DNA from: Candidatus Zixiibacteriota bacterium | Lineage (GTDB): Bacteria > Electryoneota > B3-LCP | DNA: 64,000 nt | Assembly: GCA_003599535.1 (NCBI GenBank) | Contig: QZKQ01000056.1 | Span: 6,124-70,123, forward strand | Direction of reading: 5' to 3' | Part shown: positions 48,232 to 56,735 of the stretch, one piece after another | Numbering within the stretch: position 1 is the stretch's first letter | Layout of the letters: each line of letters starts with the position of its first letter | The notes under the pieces: model-generated | What the model was told of the DNA's origin: nothing | The model's input: only the letters and a program-made list of their open reading frames with translations | Database searches by the model: none | Made by a program: the position numbers and the translations under genes

Positions 48232-48296
48232 GAACTAAGAACTAAGAACTAAGAACTAAGAACGAAGAACGAACTAAGAACTAAGAATTGTAGTTG
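48232..48296. repeat. tandem heptanucleotide repeat (GAACTAA)n, about 9 units
   Basis: gaactaa x4, gaacgaa x2, ctaa, gaactaa, gaattg immediately upstream (5-prime UTR/promoter side) of the minus-strand SBBP/T9SS gene start at 48212. Confidence 0.9.
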
Positions 48297-48517
48297 CGTG
48301 ACGGAATGCGTACAGCCTAAGAACAGCGTGAACAGTCATAATATACTAATAGTTTCCGGCCAAGTCATGTGCAATTTTTTGCGTTTTTCGCCACCTTCGC
48401 CCCGCTAAAAGAACGCATCTTCAAATAAGGTTGGTTGCCGTCCGGATTGGAATCCGTCGGCAGACGGATGGTTCCGGACGGCATGCCTGCCGGGAATCGC
48501 TTCGCTTTAATCCCGGC

Positions 48518-48572
48518 AGGAACAACAAAGCCCCATATACGGGGCTCCCTCCAGCCCGCCGCCGGCGGGCTG
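48518..48572 (-). terminator. minus-strand terminator(s) at the end of the radical-SAM operon
   Basis: Minus-strand reading gives hairpin gcccgccggcggcgggc, then hairpin agccccgtatatggggct followed by TTGTTGTT. Confidence 0.5.
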
Positions 48573-48602
48573 CATTTTGATATTTAATATTTGATATTTG
48601 AT

Positions 48603-49157
48603 CTACCCGAGTACCACCCTCAGGTCTTCCTCCGTATTCAGGTTGAACAGCCCCTCCCCGCCTTTCCTCGCCCCCACCGCCTCCCACGCCACTCCCTCCC
48701 AGACCGGGGCGAAGGAATAGTGGATTCCCGCCAGGCGCTCTTCCCACAGGGGCAGGGTGTCGCGGCGGTAGAGCGCCGCCAGCGGTTCGGGGCGGCCGTC
48801 GCGGGTCAGGCAGGCGAGAGGCCGGTGCGATCCGGCGGCCCGCAGCAGCGCCTCCAGGTCGCGCCCGGAGAGTCGCGGCAGGTCCACCGCCAGCACCAGC
48901 GCCCAGTCCGTGGGGCAGACGCGCAGCGCCGCCACCAGCCCGCCCAAGGGGCCGCAGCCGAGGCGCGCGTCGGGCAGCCCACCGGGCAGGTCGTCCCCCA
49001 CCAGCGCCGGGGCCCGGCCCAGCGCCGCTTCGATTCTCCTGGCTGTGGCAGCCAGCAGGGTCCGCCCGTCCAGCCGCAGGAAACGCTTGTCCCGGCCCAG
49101 GCGGGTGGACCGGCCGCCGGCCAGCACGTACCCGGTGACGTGGTGCCGGGGGTTCAC
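48603..49157 (-). CDS. mobA: MobA-like nucleotidyltransferase (molybdenum cofactor guanylyltransferase)
   Basis: GYVLAGGRSTRLGRDKRFLRLDGRTLL, the MobA LAGG.S.RMG.DK motif. GTG start overlaps the upstream stop (GTGA). The longer ORF 5-prime extension overlaps the neighbouring gene. Confidence 0.6.
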   Translation of the reverse strand: MNPRHHVTGYVLAGGRSTRLGRDKRFLRLDGRTLLAATARRIEAALGRAPALVGDDLPGGLPDARLGCGPLGGLVAALRVCPTDWALVLAVDLPRLSGRDLEALLRAAGSHRPLACLTRDGRPEPLAALYRRDTLPLWEERLAGIHYSFAPVWEGVAWEAVGARKGGEGLFNLNTEEDLRVVLG

Positions 49158-49984
49158 GGCTGCTCCCGGGGCGGATCCAGGTGGGCGAAATCCAGCGCCC
49201 GGACGTGGTGGACGGCCTTGCGGGCGAAGTTGGCCGCCGACACCGCGGTGTAGCCCAGCAGCAGTATCAGCCGCAGGGGGAGGTCGTGGCCGGTCATGGT
49301 GAGGCGGGGCAGCAGAATTTCGGCGGCGAAGAACAGGGTCAGCAGGTTCATGGCCGGGTGCACCAGCAGGGTCAGGACGAAGTCCGCCCGGCCGCGCTGT
49401 TGGGTGGTGACGAAGGCCGCGCCCAGGGCGGTGCGGAATTCCGGCCGGCGCAGCACGCCGGGGGCTTTGTCCAGCCGTTCCAGCAGGGTTTCCACCAGGC
49501 AGAAGCGGGGGTAAATGGTCCAGGCCGCCAGGAAGGCGCCGCACAGCAGCGGCACGGCGCTGCCGGTCAGGCGGAAGGCGCCCCAGCCCCAGAAGAAGTA
49601 CATGGCCGTCTTGGGCAGGTGGTCGAAGAGCTTGTCCAGGTATTCCCCGGCCAGGTTGCCGCCCTGGCCGCGGCGGCGGGCCACGTCGCCGTCGGCGGCG
49701 TCCAGGATGAAGTGGACCTGCAGCAGCAGCATGCCCAGCAGCCCCACCCGGGGGTCGGTCGAGACCAGCAGCAGCGCCCCGGGCAACCCCACAAGCAGCT
49801 TCAGCAGGGAGACGCCGTTGCCGGAAAAGCCCAGCGCGGCCAGCAGCGGCGCGACTTTCCGGGCCAGCGGCCGGGCCACCTTGCGGCGGTAAAGCGAGGT
49901 GTCGCAGTAGGGCGGAGCCGGATCCCAGGGCAGATCGGAAGGGCGGGGACGCTCTTCAGCCGCGTTTGCGGATGACGGTGACAC
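49154..49984 (-). CDS. CDP-alcohol phosphatidyltransferase family protein
   Basis: DAADGDVARRRGQGGNLAGEYLDKLFD, the D-G-x2-A-R-x8-G-x3-D-x3-D signature, and multiple TM segments. Confidence 0.75.
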   Translation of the reverse strand: MSPSSANAAEERPRPSDLPWDPAPPYCDTSLYRRKVARPLARKVAPLLAALGFSGNGVSLLKLLVGLPGALLLVSTDPRVGLLGMLLLQVHFILDAADGDVARRRGQGGNLAGEYLDKLFDHLPKTAMYFFWGWGAFRLTGSAVPLLCGAFLAAWTIYPRFCLVETLLERLDKAPGVLRRPEFRTALGAAFVTTQQRGRADFVLTLLVHPAMNLLTLFFAAEILLPRLTMTGHDLPLRLILLLGYTAVSAANFARKAVHHVRALDFAHLDPPREQP

Positions 49985-50786
49985 GGAATTGTCCGGGGAT
50001 GAAGTTCAGCGCGTTCAGCGCGCAGGAGGCCAGGTAATAGACGGTCAGGAATACTTTTCGGGCGCGGCTTTCGGGGGCGAAGTAATAGTGCAGGTATTCG
50101 AACTGGCCGGCGAAGCCGCGGGAATATTCGCGCACCGCACCGTCCCGGCGCAGTTGCGGGGGCAGGCAGTCTCGCAGCGAAGCCACGCCGTCCTTGGGGC
50201 CGAAAGGCCAGCGTCCGGCGCGCTGGGCGCGGCGCATGGCCAAGGGATGAATGCCGGAGCGGGTGTCGTTGTTGACGCTGATCACGCGGCCGGATTCCCG
50301 GGTCACCCGCAGCATTTCGGCCAGGGCGCGGGCGCGCATTTCCGGGCCGAAGTGATCCAGCACCCCCACGTTGAAGGCGGCGTCGAAGATTCCCGGCTTG
50401 AAGGGCAGGTGCAGGATGGAGGCCTGCACCGCGGCCGCAGGCAGCCCCAGGTCCCGGGCCCGCCGCTGGTCGAATTCCAGGGCGGCGCGGGAGACATCCA
50501 GCAGGACGACGCGGTTGCCGGCGCGAGCCAGCCGCAGGGAATGTTCCGCCGTGCCGCAGCCCGCCTCCAGGAGGCGTTGTCCCCGGGGGTCGCCGGTTTC
50601 GCGCCGCACCAGGCGCCAGGCCAGTTCCACGCCGCCGCCGCGCCGCAGGAAGCGCTTCAGCCGCGCTTTCAGGCTGAACAGGTCCGGTGCGGGTCCGGCG
50701 GCGACACGTTCCCAGTGCCGCGACCAGTTGGTCCGGGCTTGCCGGATGCGGGCGTCTTCATCCGCTGGGGGAGTGGGGTGATTCAC
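49956..50786 (-). CDS. class I SAM-dependent methyltransferase
   Basis: LLEAGCGTAEHSLRLARAGNRVVLLDVS...FDAAFNVGVLDHF. GTG start; 29-nt overlap with the upstream gene. Confidence 0.7.
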   Translation of the reverse strand: MNHPTPPADEDARIRQARTNWSRHWERVAAGPAPDLFSLKARLKRFLRRGGGVELAWRLVRRETGDPRGQRLLEAGCGTAEHSLRLARAGNRVVLLDVSRAALEFDQRRARDLGLPAAAVQASILHLPFKPGIFDAAFNVGVLDHFGPEMRARALAEMLRVTRESGRVISVNNDTRSGIHPLAMRRAQRAGRWPFGPKDGVASLRDCLPPQLRRDGAVREYSRGFAGQFEYLHYYFAPESRARKVFLTVYYLASCALNALNFIPGQFRVTVIRKRG

Positions 50787-51483
50787 CGGGGATTCCGAAC
50801 ATTTTCCGGGCCCGCCGCAGATCCGCGGGCGTGTCTATTTCCATCCAGGGGTAGCCGGTGACGTCCAGGGCGGTGACCGGGCAGTCCCCCCGGCGGATGA
50901 CCTCCACCACCGCCTCTTCGAAGTAGCGGCTGGGGCGCCCGGAAGCCAGGATGCCGGCGGCCGCCCCTCGCAGGGCGGCCAGCCCCGCGGGAGAAAACTT
51001 CATCAGGGGGAGGGATTCCCCCGCTGCCTCGGACACGGGCAGGGTTTTGCTCAGGTCCGTGACCCGGCCGCCCGCCTGGGCCATCTTCATCGCTTCGGCG
51101 TCCAGGGAAGAGCAGTCCAGGGGGAGGATGACGTCGCCGGAGGCTTCCATCAGGCGGTCGAACAGACCCTCGCTCACGACCAGGTCGGCGTGGGCCAGGA
51201 TCAAGGGGCCGGCCAGGAGCCCGGCGCCGGCGTGGAAGGATACCAGGTTGTCGGAAGCGGCGTAGCCAGGGTTGAACACCGGGTGCGCCCCCAGGGCCTG
51301 TGCCGCCGGAGCCACCCGGTCGCGTTGGTGCCCCGTGACCACCACGATCTCCCCGGCGCCGCGCCGGCGGAGTTGTTCCACCAGGCGAGCCAGCAGGGTC
51401 CGCCCGCCGACCTCCAGCAGCGGTTTGGGAGTATTCCCGCCCAGGCGTAATCCTTGACCGGCAGCCAGGATCAGGGCCTGCAT
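50758..51483 (-). CDS. sugar/alcohol-phosphate nucleotidyltransferase (NTP_transferase domain)
   Basis: MQALILAAGQGLRLGGNTPKPLLEVGGRTLL Gly-rich NTP-binding loop. ATG overlaps the upstream stop (ATGA). Confidence 0.65.
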   Translation of the reverse strand: MQALILAAGQGLRLGGNTPKPLLEVGGRTLLARLVEQLRRRGAGEIVVVTGHQRDRVAPAAQALGAHPVFNPGYAASDNLVSFHAGAGLLAGPLILAHADLVVSEGLFDRLMEASGDVILPLDCSSLDAEAMKMAQAGGRVTDLSKTLPVSEAAGESLPLMKFSPAGLAALRGAAAGILASGRPSRYFEEAVVEVIRRGDCPVTALDVTGYPWMEIDTPADLRRARKMFGIPGESPHSPSG

Positions 51484-52226
51484 CACACCTTCCGGCAGAT
51501 AAACAGGGACATGGTGGTGGTGGGCAGATCGTCGCCCCAGATGCCCTTCAGCCGGCGCAGCTCGGCGCGGGCGGCCATATGAGGCAGGCTCGCGAACAGC
51601 GCCAGGTCCAGCGGCCGCCAGGGGTGCTCGATGCTCTCCACGTGCAGCCCCGCGGCGGTGAACATGACGGTCCACTCCGGCTCGGAGGGATGGTATTCCC
51701 ACCCTTCCGCGACCGAATGCCGCTTCGCTTGCAGGGAATACGCCAGCCGGGCGCGTTCGTCGTCGGGGATGGTGGCCCAGTCTTCCACGCTGATCAGCCG
51801 ACCGCCGGGTTTGATGATGCGGGATATTTCCGCCACTGTGCGGGGGATAAGCTGCCGGGGCAGGTGATGGATGGTATCCATCTCCAGCACCCCGTCGAAG
51901 CTGGCGGTCTTAAGCGGCAGCCATTCGGCCGCCGCCTGGATCAGGGGCAGATCCCGTCCCAGGCGCGCCCGGGACAGGTGCAGGAAATTACGGGCCAGAT
52001 CCAGGCCGTAGTAGCGCATCGCCGGCCACCGGCGTTTGGCTGCGGCTCCCACGATGCCGGGCCCAATGCCCACTTCCAGCCAGCGTTCATGCTGGTGCTG
52101 CCCCAACAATTCCACCACGCGCGCATCCGCCGCGCTCCAGCCCCGCTTGGTATAATAACTATCCGCCTGGGCTTCCCAATGTTCGCGCATCCAGGCTGTG
52201 GCCTCACGTTCAGTCACCCGTCTCAT
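51483..52226 (-). CDS. class I SAM-dependent methyltransferase (Methyltransf_11-like)
   Basis: WLEVGIGPGIVGAA...YYGLDLARNF...FDGVLEMDTIHHL...IKPGGRLI. Start at 52226 (17-nt overlap) or 52190. Confidence 0.6.
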   Translation of the reverse strand: MRRVTEREATAWMREHWEAQADSYYTKRGWSAADARVVELLGQHQHERWLEVGIGPGIVGAAAKRRWPAMRYYGLDLARNFLHLSRARLGRDLPLIQAAAEWLPLKTASFDGVLEMDTIHHLPRQLIPRTVAEISRIIKPGGRLISVEDWATIPDDERARLAYSLQAKRHSVAEGWEYHPSEPEWTVMFTAAGLHVESIEHPWRPLDLALFASLPHMAARAELRRLKGIWGDDLPTTTMSLFICRKV

Positions 52227-53442
52227 GTCCCACCGAAAAATACGTTCTGGAACCTCGCATGAGCAGGCTTCCGCAATATAATTGTAGGTGCTCGGGATCC
52301 GTAGCGTTTTCGCCCAGAGAATCCCATAGTTCCCAGATAATATATTCGAGCAGCCGCGTTGAGAAATAGCAGTTGCGCCGGTCGAAGGCCCCGACTCCAT
52401 AGATAGACTGTCCGTCGAAAATGCACCCGCCGCCGCAGATGCCAATGGCGGCGCAATCTCGGCATTCCACGTTCAGGAGGGGGATATAGCGGCTCCAATC
52501 CCCTCCTCCGGCCTTCAGTCCGGCTTCGTTGACGCAGGTTGTACGTATGTTTCCGGGAAATACAACAATTTTTTCTCCTTGCGCGGCGCAGTCCCGCAGG
52601 CGGAATTTCCGGTGGACCAGGGGCGCCAGCCGGCGGTTGATCTGGTCCACGAACAGTCCGTGCTCCCGGGCAAAGGGGAAGATGCGGATCAGTGCTTCGG
52701 TGTACTCGGGGAGACGATCCCAGACCTGGCCGTGGTGGTGGTGCGGCAGGTTCAGGCCCAGGCTGGCGGGGCGGAATTCCCGCACGATGGCTTCGACCAG
52801 TTCGGGCAGGGTGGCGATGTTGTGATCACCCACCACGGCGGAGATGCCGTAGTCCAGGCCCAGGTCGCACGCCTCCTTCAGGGCCCGGGCGACCTTGGTG
52901 TAGGATCCCCCCGCCCCGATCCGCGCGGTGTTGTGGGCGAACAGGTCGCCATCCAGGGAAAACAGCACCCCCACCCCGTGATCCCGATAAAAGCGCAGTC
53001 GCGACCGTTCCGTGCGCGTCCCGTTGGTGAAGATGATGATCTTGCCGCGGACCGTCTCCACCAGGTGGTCCACCGCCTCGCGGTAGAGCTCCGGCTCGCC
53101 GCCGGTGATCAGCAGCAGGCCGCCCGGGCCGAGGTCCCGGTTGAATTCCCGGGCCAGCGCGGCGATCTCCTCCCGGCTCATGGCCGGACGGGTCAGCGGC
53201 GGGGCGTTGGCGTCGAAGGAGCAGTAGCTGCAGCGCAGGTTGCACTGCGAGGTGATGACCGCCTGCATGGTGCGGACCCGGGGCGGCGTCAGGGGGATCT
53301 CGATGACGCGCTCCGGTTCCGGCGGGATGGCGCTTCCCGCGGGGAAGTATTCCCGGGTCAGGCCGTAGGCACCCCAGCGGCAGACGTCCTGGCCGCGGCG
53401 GAACAGGTGGTATTTTTCCGGCAGGCGGAGGATTTCGTTCAC
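52210..53442 (-). CDS. radical SAM enzyme with SPASM/twitch auxiliary cluster domain
   Basis: CNLRCSYCSF (CxxxCxxC) and C-terminal CRDCAAIGICGGGC. Confidence 0.8.
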   Translation of the reverse strand: MNEILRLPEKYHLFRRGQDVCRWGAYGLTREYFPAGSAIPPEPERVIEIPLTPPRVRTMQAVITSQCNLRCSYCSFDANAPPLTRPAMSREEIAALAREFNRDLGPGGLLLITGGEPELYREAVDHLVETVRGKIIIFTNGTRTERSRLRFYRDHGVGVLFSLDGDLFAHNTARIGAGGSYTKVARALKEACDLGLDYGISAVVGDHNIATLPELVEAIVREFRPASLGLNLPHHHHGQVWDRLPEYTEALIRIFPFAREHGLFVDQINRRLAPLVHRKFRLRDCAAQGEKIVVFPGNIRTTCVNEAGLKAGGGDWSRYIPLLNVECRDCAAIGICGGGCIFDGQSIYGVGAFDRRNCYFSTRLLEYIIWELWDSLGENATDPEHLQLYCGSLLMRGSRTYFSVGHETGD

Positions 53443-54920
53443 GGCAGTTTTCCTTGCCAGTAGCTGCCCGCGGTAAAGGGCTGGTTGCGGGACGACAGCG
53501 ACACGTTGTCAATCAGGGCCTGGCGGTCGCCCTCGCCGGGGGCAAACCAGGGGCGGGATTCCCCGTCCCGCTGGTCGAACAGGCGCCAGATCATCCAGTT
53601 CAGAAACTCGCGTTCAAAGCGGCAGCGGTCGGGGTCTACCCCGTCCAGGCGCCCGGAGGCCTTGTAGGCGTCGTAGCGGCAGGCGCCCCCGCACACGGTC
53701 ATCGCGGGGCACAAACGGCAGTGGGGCATCTCCGGGGAGGAGAGCCCGGCCCACAGGCGGTGGTCGGGATGGTCCGGCGCCGGGAACGCCTCCCGCGGGT
53801 AAAACCAGCGCCGATCCGGGTAGCAGGAATCGCAGAATCCCATGACTCCGCCGGGAGCCAGCACCAGCCGCTCGCCGGGCGAAGAGCAGTCCTTCAGCAG
53901 GGGATTGCGGAACACGAAGGGACGCAACCGGCGGAAGGGCTGCTCGGCGTAGACGCCGTAGCGGCGGGTCACCTCCCAGCCTTCGATCAGGGCGGGGAAA
54001 GCCTGTTCGGTGGAGAGCTGGTAGGGATTGGGCTGGTCTCCGCGGCGGTGCAGGAAGGCGTTCAGACCGATGTCGTGGGGGTGGAAGCGGTCCACCAGGC
54101 ATTCCACCTGGCGGGCGAAGTCGTCCACGTTGTGCCGCCCCATGGTCACCGACAGCCCCACGCGGCAGCCGCGGGCGGTCAGCAGGTTCCAGGCCCGCTC
54201 GGAGGCGGCGAAAGCCCCTTCGCCCGGCGCGCGGCGCACCGCGTCGTTGACCGGGGGCAGGCCGTCCAGGGAGAGGATGACGAAGACGTCGTGGCGGGCC
54301 AGAACCTCCGCCTGGTACTCCGTCATCCCCAGCCCGGAGGTGGTGAAGCAGAACCGCACCTCGTCCTGGCGGAAGAAGGTCCGGGGGCGGGCCCGGCGCA
54401 GGACCTCCTCCACCAGGGGGAAGGCCAGCAGCGGCTCGCCGCCGTAGACCAGGAGGTCCAGCGGCTTGGTGGTATCGGTGCAGAGCCGGGCGCAGGTTTC
54501 CAGCCCCGCGACGATCTCCTCCCGGGTCATGGTGCGCGCTTCGCCCCGCCCGGTGCGCTGATGGCAGTAGCGGCAACTCAAGGCGCAGTCGGTGGTGGGC
54601 AGCAGGCAAATGAAGCGGAAGGTCCCCCGGCGGGCGGCGGCGGCCAGGGCCTGGTGGTCGGCCTGGTCGGTCCCGGCGCCCCGTGGCAGCAGGATTTTCT
54701 CTTCCCGCAGTCGGGCTGCCAGGTCCGGCGGCAGGCTTTCCCGCACGCCGCCCCGGCGCAGGTAGACCGCGGCCAGGTTCAGGGGGCGGTACAGGGCGAT
54801 CCAGTCGCCGCGCCGGGAAGCCCACAGGTCGCCGGACCACTCCCATTCCGGCGGCGCCGGGGGCAGGAGAGGGGATTCCGGCTGATCCGGGCCGGTTACG
54901 CGGAAAAAATCATCGTGCAT
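53439..54920 (-). CDS. radical SAM enzyme with SPASM domain and about 100-aa N-terminal extension
   Basis: CALSCRYCHQ and C-terminal CDSCYPD...HCRLCPAMTVCGGAC. The N-terminal extension precedes the rSAM core. 25-nt overlap with the upstream gene. Confidence 0.8.
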   Translation of the reverse strand: MHDDFFRVTGPDQPESPLLPPAPPEWEWSGDLWASRRGDWIALYRPLNLAAVYLRRGGVRESLPPDLAARLREEKILLPRGAGTDQADHQALAAAARRGTFRFICLLPTTDCALSCRYCHQRTGRGEARTMTREEIVAGLETCARLCTDTTKPLDLLVYGGEPLLAFPLVEEVLRRARPRTFFRQDEVRFCFTTSGLGMTEYQAEVLARHDVFVILSLDGLPPVNDAVRRAPGEGAFAASERAWNLLTARGCRVGLSVTMGRHNVDDFARQVECLVDRFHPHDIGLNAFLHRRGDQPNPYQLSTEQAFPALIEGWEVTRRYGVYAEQPFRRLRPFVFRNPLLKDCSSPGERLVLAPGGVMGFCDSCYPDRRWFYPREAFPAPDHPDHRLWAGLSSPEMPHCRLCPAMTVCGGACRYDAYKASGRLDGVDPDRCRFEREFLNWMIWRLFDQRDGESRPWFAPGEGDRQALIDNVSLSSRNQPFTAGSYWQGKLP

Positions 54921-55921
54921 AGGTAATTCTCATGCACCAGCCCCTTGCTTTCCTTCCAGCGGGCGGGAATGACCGGGTGGTCGCCGCGGACTTTGAAGCA
55001 GTATTCGTCCGGTTCGGCCGGATGGCCCAGCAGCCGCCGCGAGGCGCAGCCGCCGGCGCACACTTCAAGGGCGGAACAATCCCGGCAGACCGCGGGAACG
55101 GGCAATTCCATACTCTGCACCATTTTCCGGCGCTGGGTTTCGAAGCTGGAGAGCAGGTCGTCCAGCGTGGTGGTGCTGTGGTTCAGGTAAACGCAGGGTA
55201 CCACCTTGCCGTCGGCGTGCACCCGGAAGCTGTGCCTGCCGCAGGGGTTGCCGTGGTTGGCGCGCGGGTTGCCGATAGCGGCGTTGACCACCGGTTCGCT
55301 GCACGCGCTGAAGGCCGCCGCGCCAGCCATATCCGCGATGGCCTGCCAGAACTGCTCGTAGGTCGGCCGGTGATCGCGGCTGTGCACCGGCTTGTACACG
55401 TTGACCCGAAGGTTCAGGTCCAGTTTGCACGCCAATTCGGCCAGCTTCCCCATGGTGGCGGCGTTCTCCCGCATCAGGCAGCCCACCAGGCTGGCCTCGA
55501 CTCCCAGGTCGCGGCAGCGGGCCACCCCTTCCATGACGTAGTCGAACGACCCCTGCCCCCGCCACCGATCGTTGGTCTCGGCGTCGGGGTAGTCCAGGGA
55601 GAAGTCAATGTCGTGGAAGCGGCGCAGGTCCGCGTCGGGCAACTGGTGGACCGTCAATCCGTTGGTGGTCACCGCCAGGTCAATGCTCCGGTCCGACAGC
55701 TCTCGCACCAGCTCGGTGAACCGGGGATAGAGGATGCTTTCGCCGGTGCCGAAATTGATGCTTTCGACCGGCAGGCGGTTGACCAGGGACAGGACCTGCG
55801 CGTAATCCAGGTCATGGTACCCGTTGTGGGATCGGGAATAGCAGTGCGGGCAGGCGGCATTGCAGCGGTCGGTCAGCCCAATGCCGAAGGTGAAGCCGGG
55901 GGAGGTCCGATTTTCCCTCAT
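54896..55921 (-). CDS. radical SAM enzyme with SPASM/twitch domain
   Basis: CNAACPHCYS and C-terminal CRDCSALEVCAGGC. Confidence 0.8.
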   Translation of the reverse strand: MRENRTSPGFTFGIGLTDRCNAACPHCYSRSHNGYHDLDYAQVLSLVNRLPVESINFGTGESILYPRFTELVRELSDRSIDLAVTTNGLTVHQLPDADLRRFHDIDFSLDYPDAETNDRWRGQGSFDYVMEGVARCRDLGVEASLVGCLMRENAATMGKLAELACKLDLNLRVNVYKPVHSRDHRPTYEQFWQAIADMAGAAAFSACSEPVVNAAIGNPRANHGNPCGRHSFRVHADGKVVPCVYLNHSTTTLDDLLSSFETQRRKMVQSMELPVPAVCRDCSALEVCAGGCASRRLLGHPAEPDEYCFKVRGDHPVIPARWKESKGLVHENYLCTMIFSA

Positions 55922-56712
55922 CGTTCGATTCGTCCTATCAGAGCTTCTCGGGCAATGCGGGCGTAATATTCGGGTTGGTCCTCAATGTCGAACAGATCCA
56001 GGGTGAAGAAACCGGAATAGTGGATGGCCTGGAAGGCGGCGAGCAGCGCGGCGAAGTCCAGGTCCCCTTCGCCGGGAATCCGGTGGCGGTGTTCCCGGCC
56101 GCGGATGTCCTCGATATGGGTGTGAACGATCCGTTCGCCCCAGCGGACGATGTCCCGGCCGAGGTCGGGTTCGGTGATATGGGCGTGCCCTACGTCGAGG
56201 TTGACTTTCAGCCGGGGTGATCCCACCACCTGGATCAGCATTTCCATTTCCCGGGTGCCGGCGATCACCGTGCCCGGCTCCGGTTCCACGGCGAAGTCCA
56301 CCCCGAATTCCTCGGCGTAGCGGCACATCCGGGTGGTGAAGCGGCACATAGCCGCGAAGGCCTCTTCCCCCTCGCCTGCCAGCGATCCGGAGATGAAGGT
56401 TCGCACGCCCAGGTCGCGGGCCAGCTCCAGGCCGGCCAGGCCCTTGCGCTGCTTCTCCTGCCAGCCGGCGCGCTTGCCGTGGAAACTGACCGCGGCGGCC
56501 TGCAGGCCGCTCTCCTCCAGGATCCGGCGCAGGGTGGGAAAATCGCAGCGTCCGGGTGCATCGGGATCCAGGTCGCTGTGCTCCAGGCACAGTTCGACCC
56601 CGTCGTAGCCCAGCTCCCGCAGAGTCTGGAGCGCTTCGGGCAGACTCCGCCGCCGGAAACCGGACAGACGAAAACCGATTTTTCCCGCCAGAAACCAGTA
56701 GAGATCCTGCAT
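55918..56712 (-). CDS. xylose isomerase-like TIM-barrel sugar phosphate isomerase/epimerase
   Basis: About 264 aa with the AP-endo2/xylose isomerase-like pattern (GYDGVEL...HGK...VEPEPGT...DVGHAHI...HIEDIRG). Confidence 0.7.
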   Translation of the reverse strand: MQDLYWFLAGKIGFRLSGFRRRSLPEALQTLRELGYDGVELCLEHSDLDPDAPGRCDFPTLRRILEESGLQAAAVSFHGKRAGWQEKQRKGLAGLELARDLGVRTFISGSLAGEGEEAFAAMCRFTTRMCRYAEEFGVDFAVEPEPGTVIAGTREMEMLIQVVGSPRLKVNLDVGHAHITEPDLGRDIVRWGERIVHTHIEDIRGREHRHRIPGEGDLDFAALLAAFQAIHYSGFFTLDLFDIEDQPEYYARIAREALIGRIER

Positions 56713-56735
56713 GCCGTCCGCCGGTTACATCAGGT

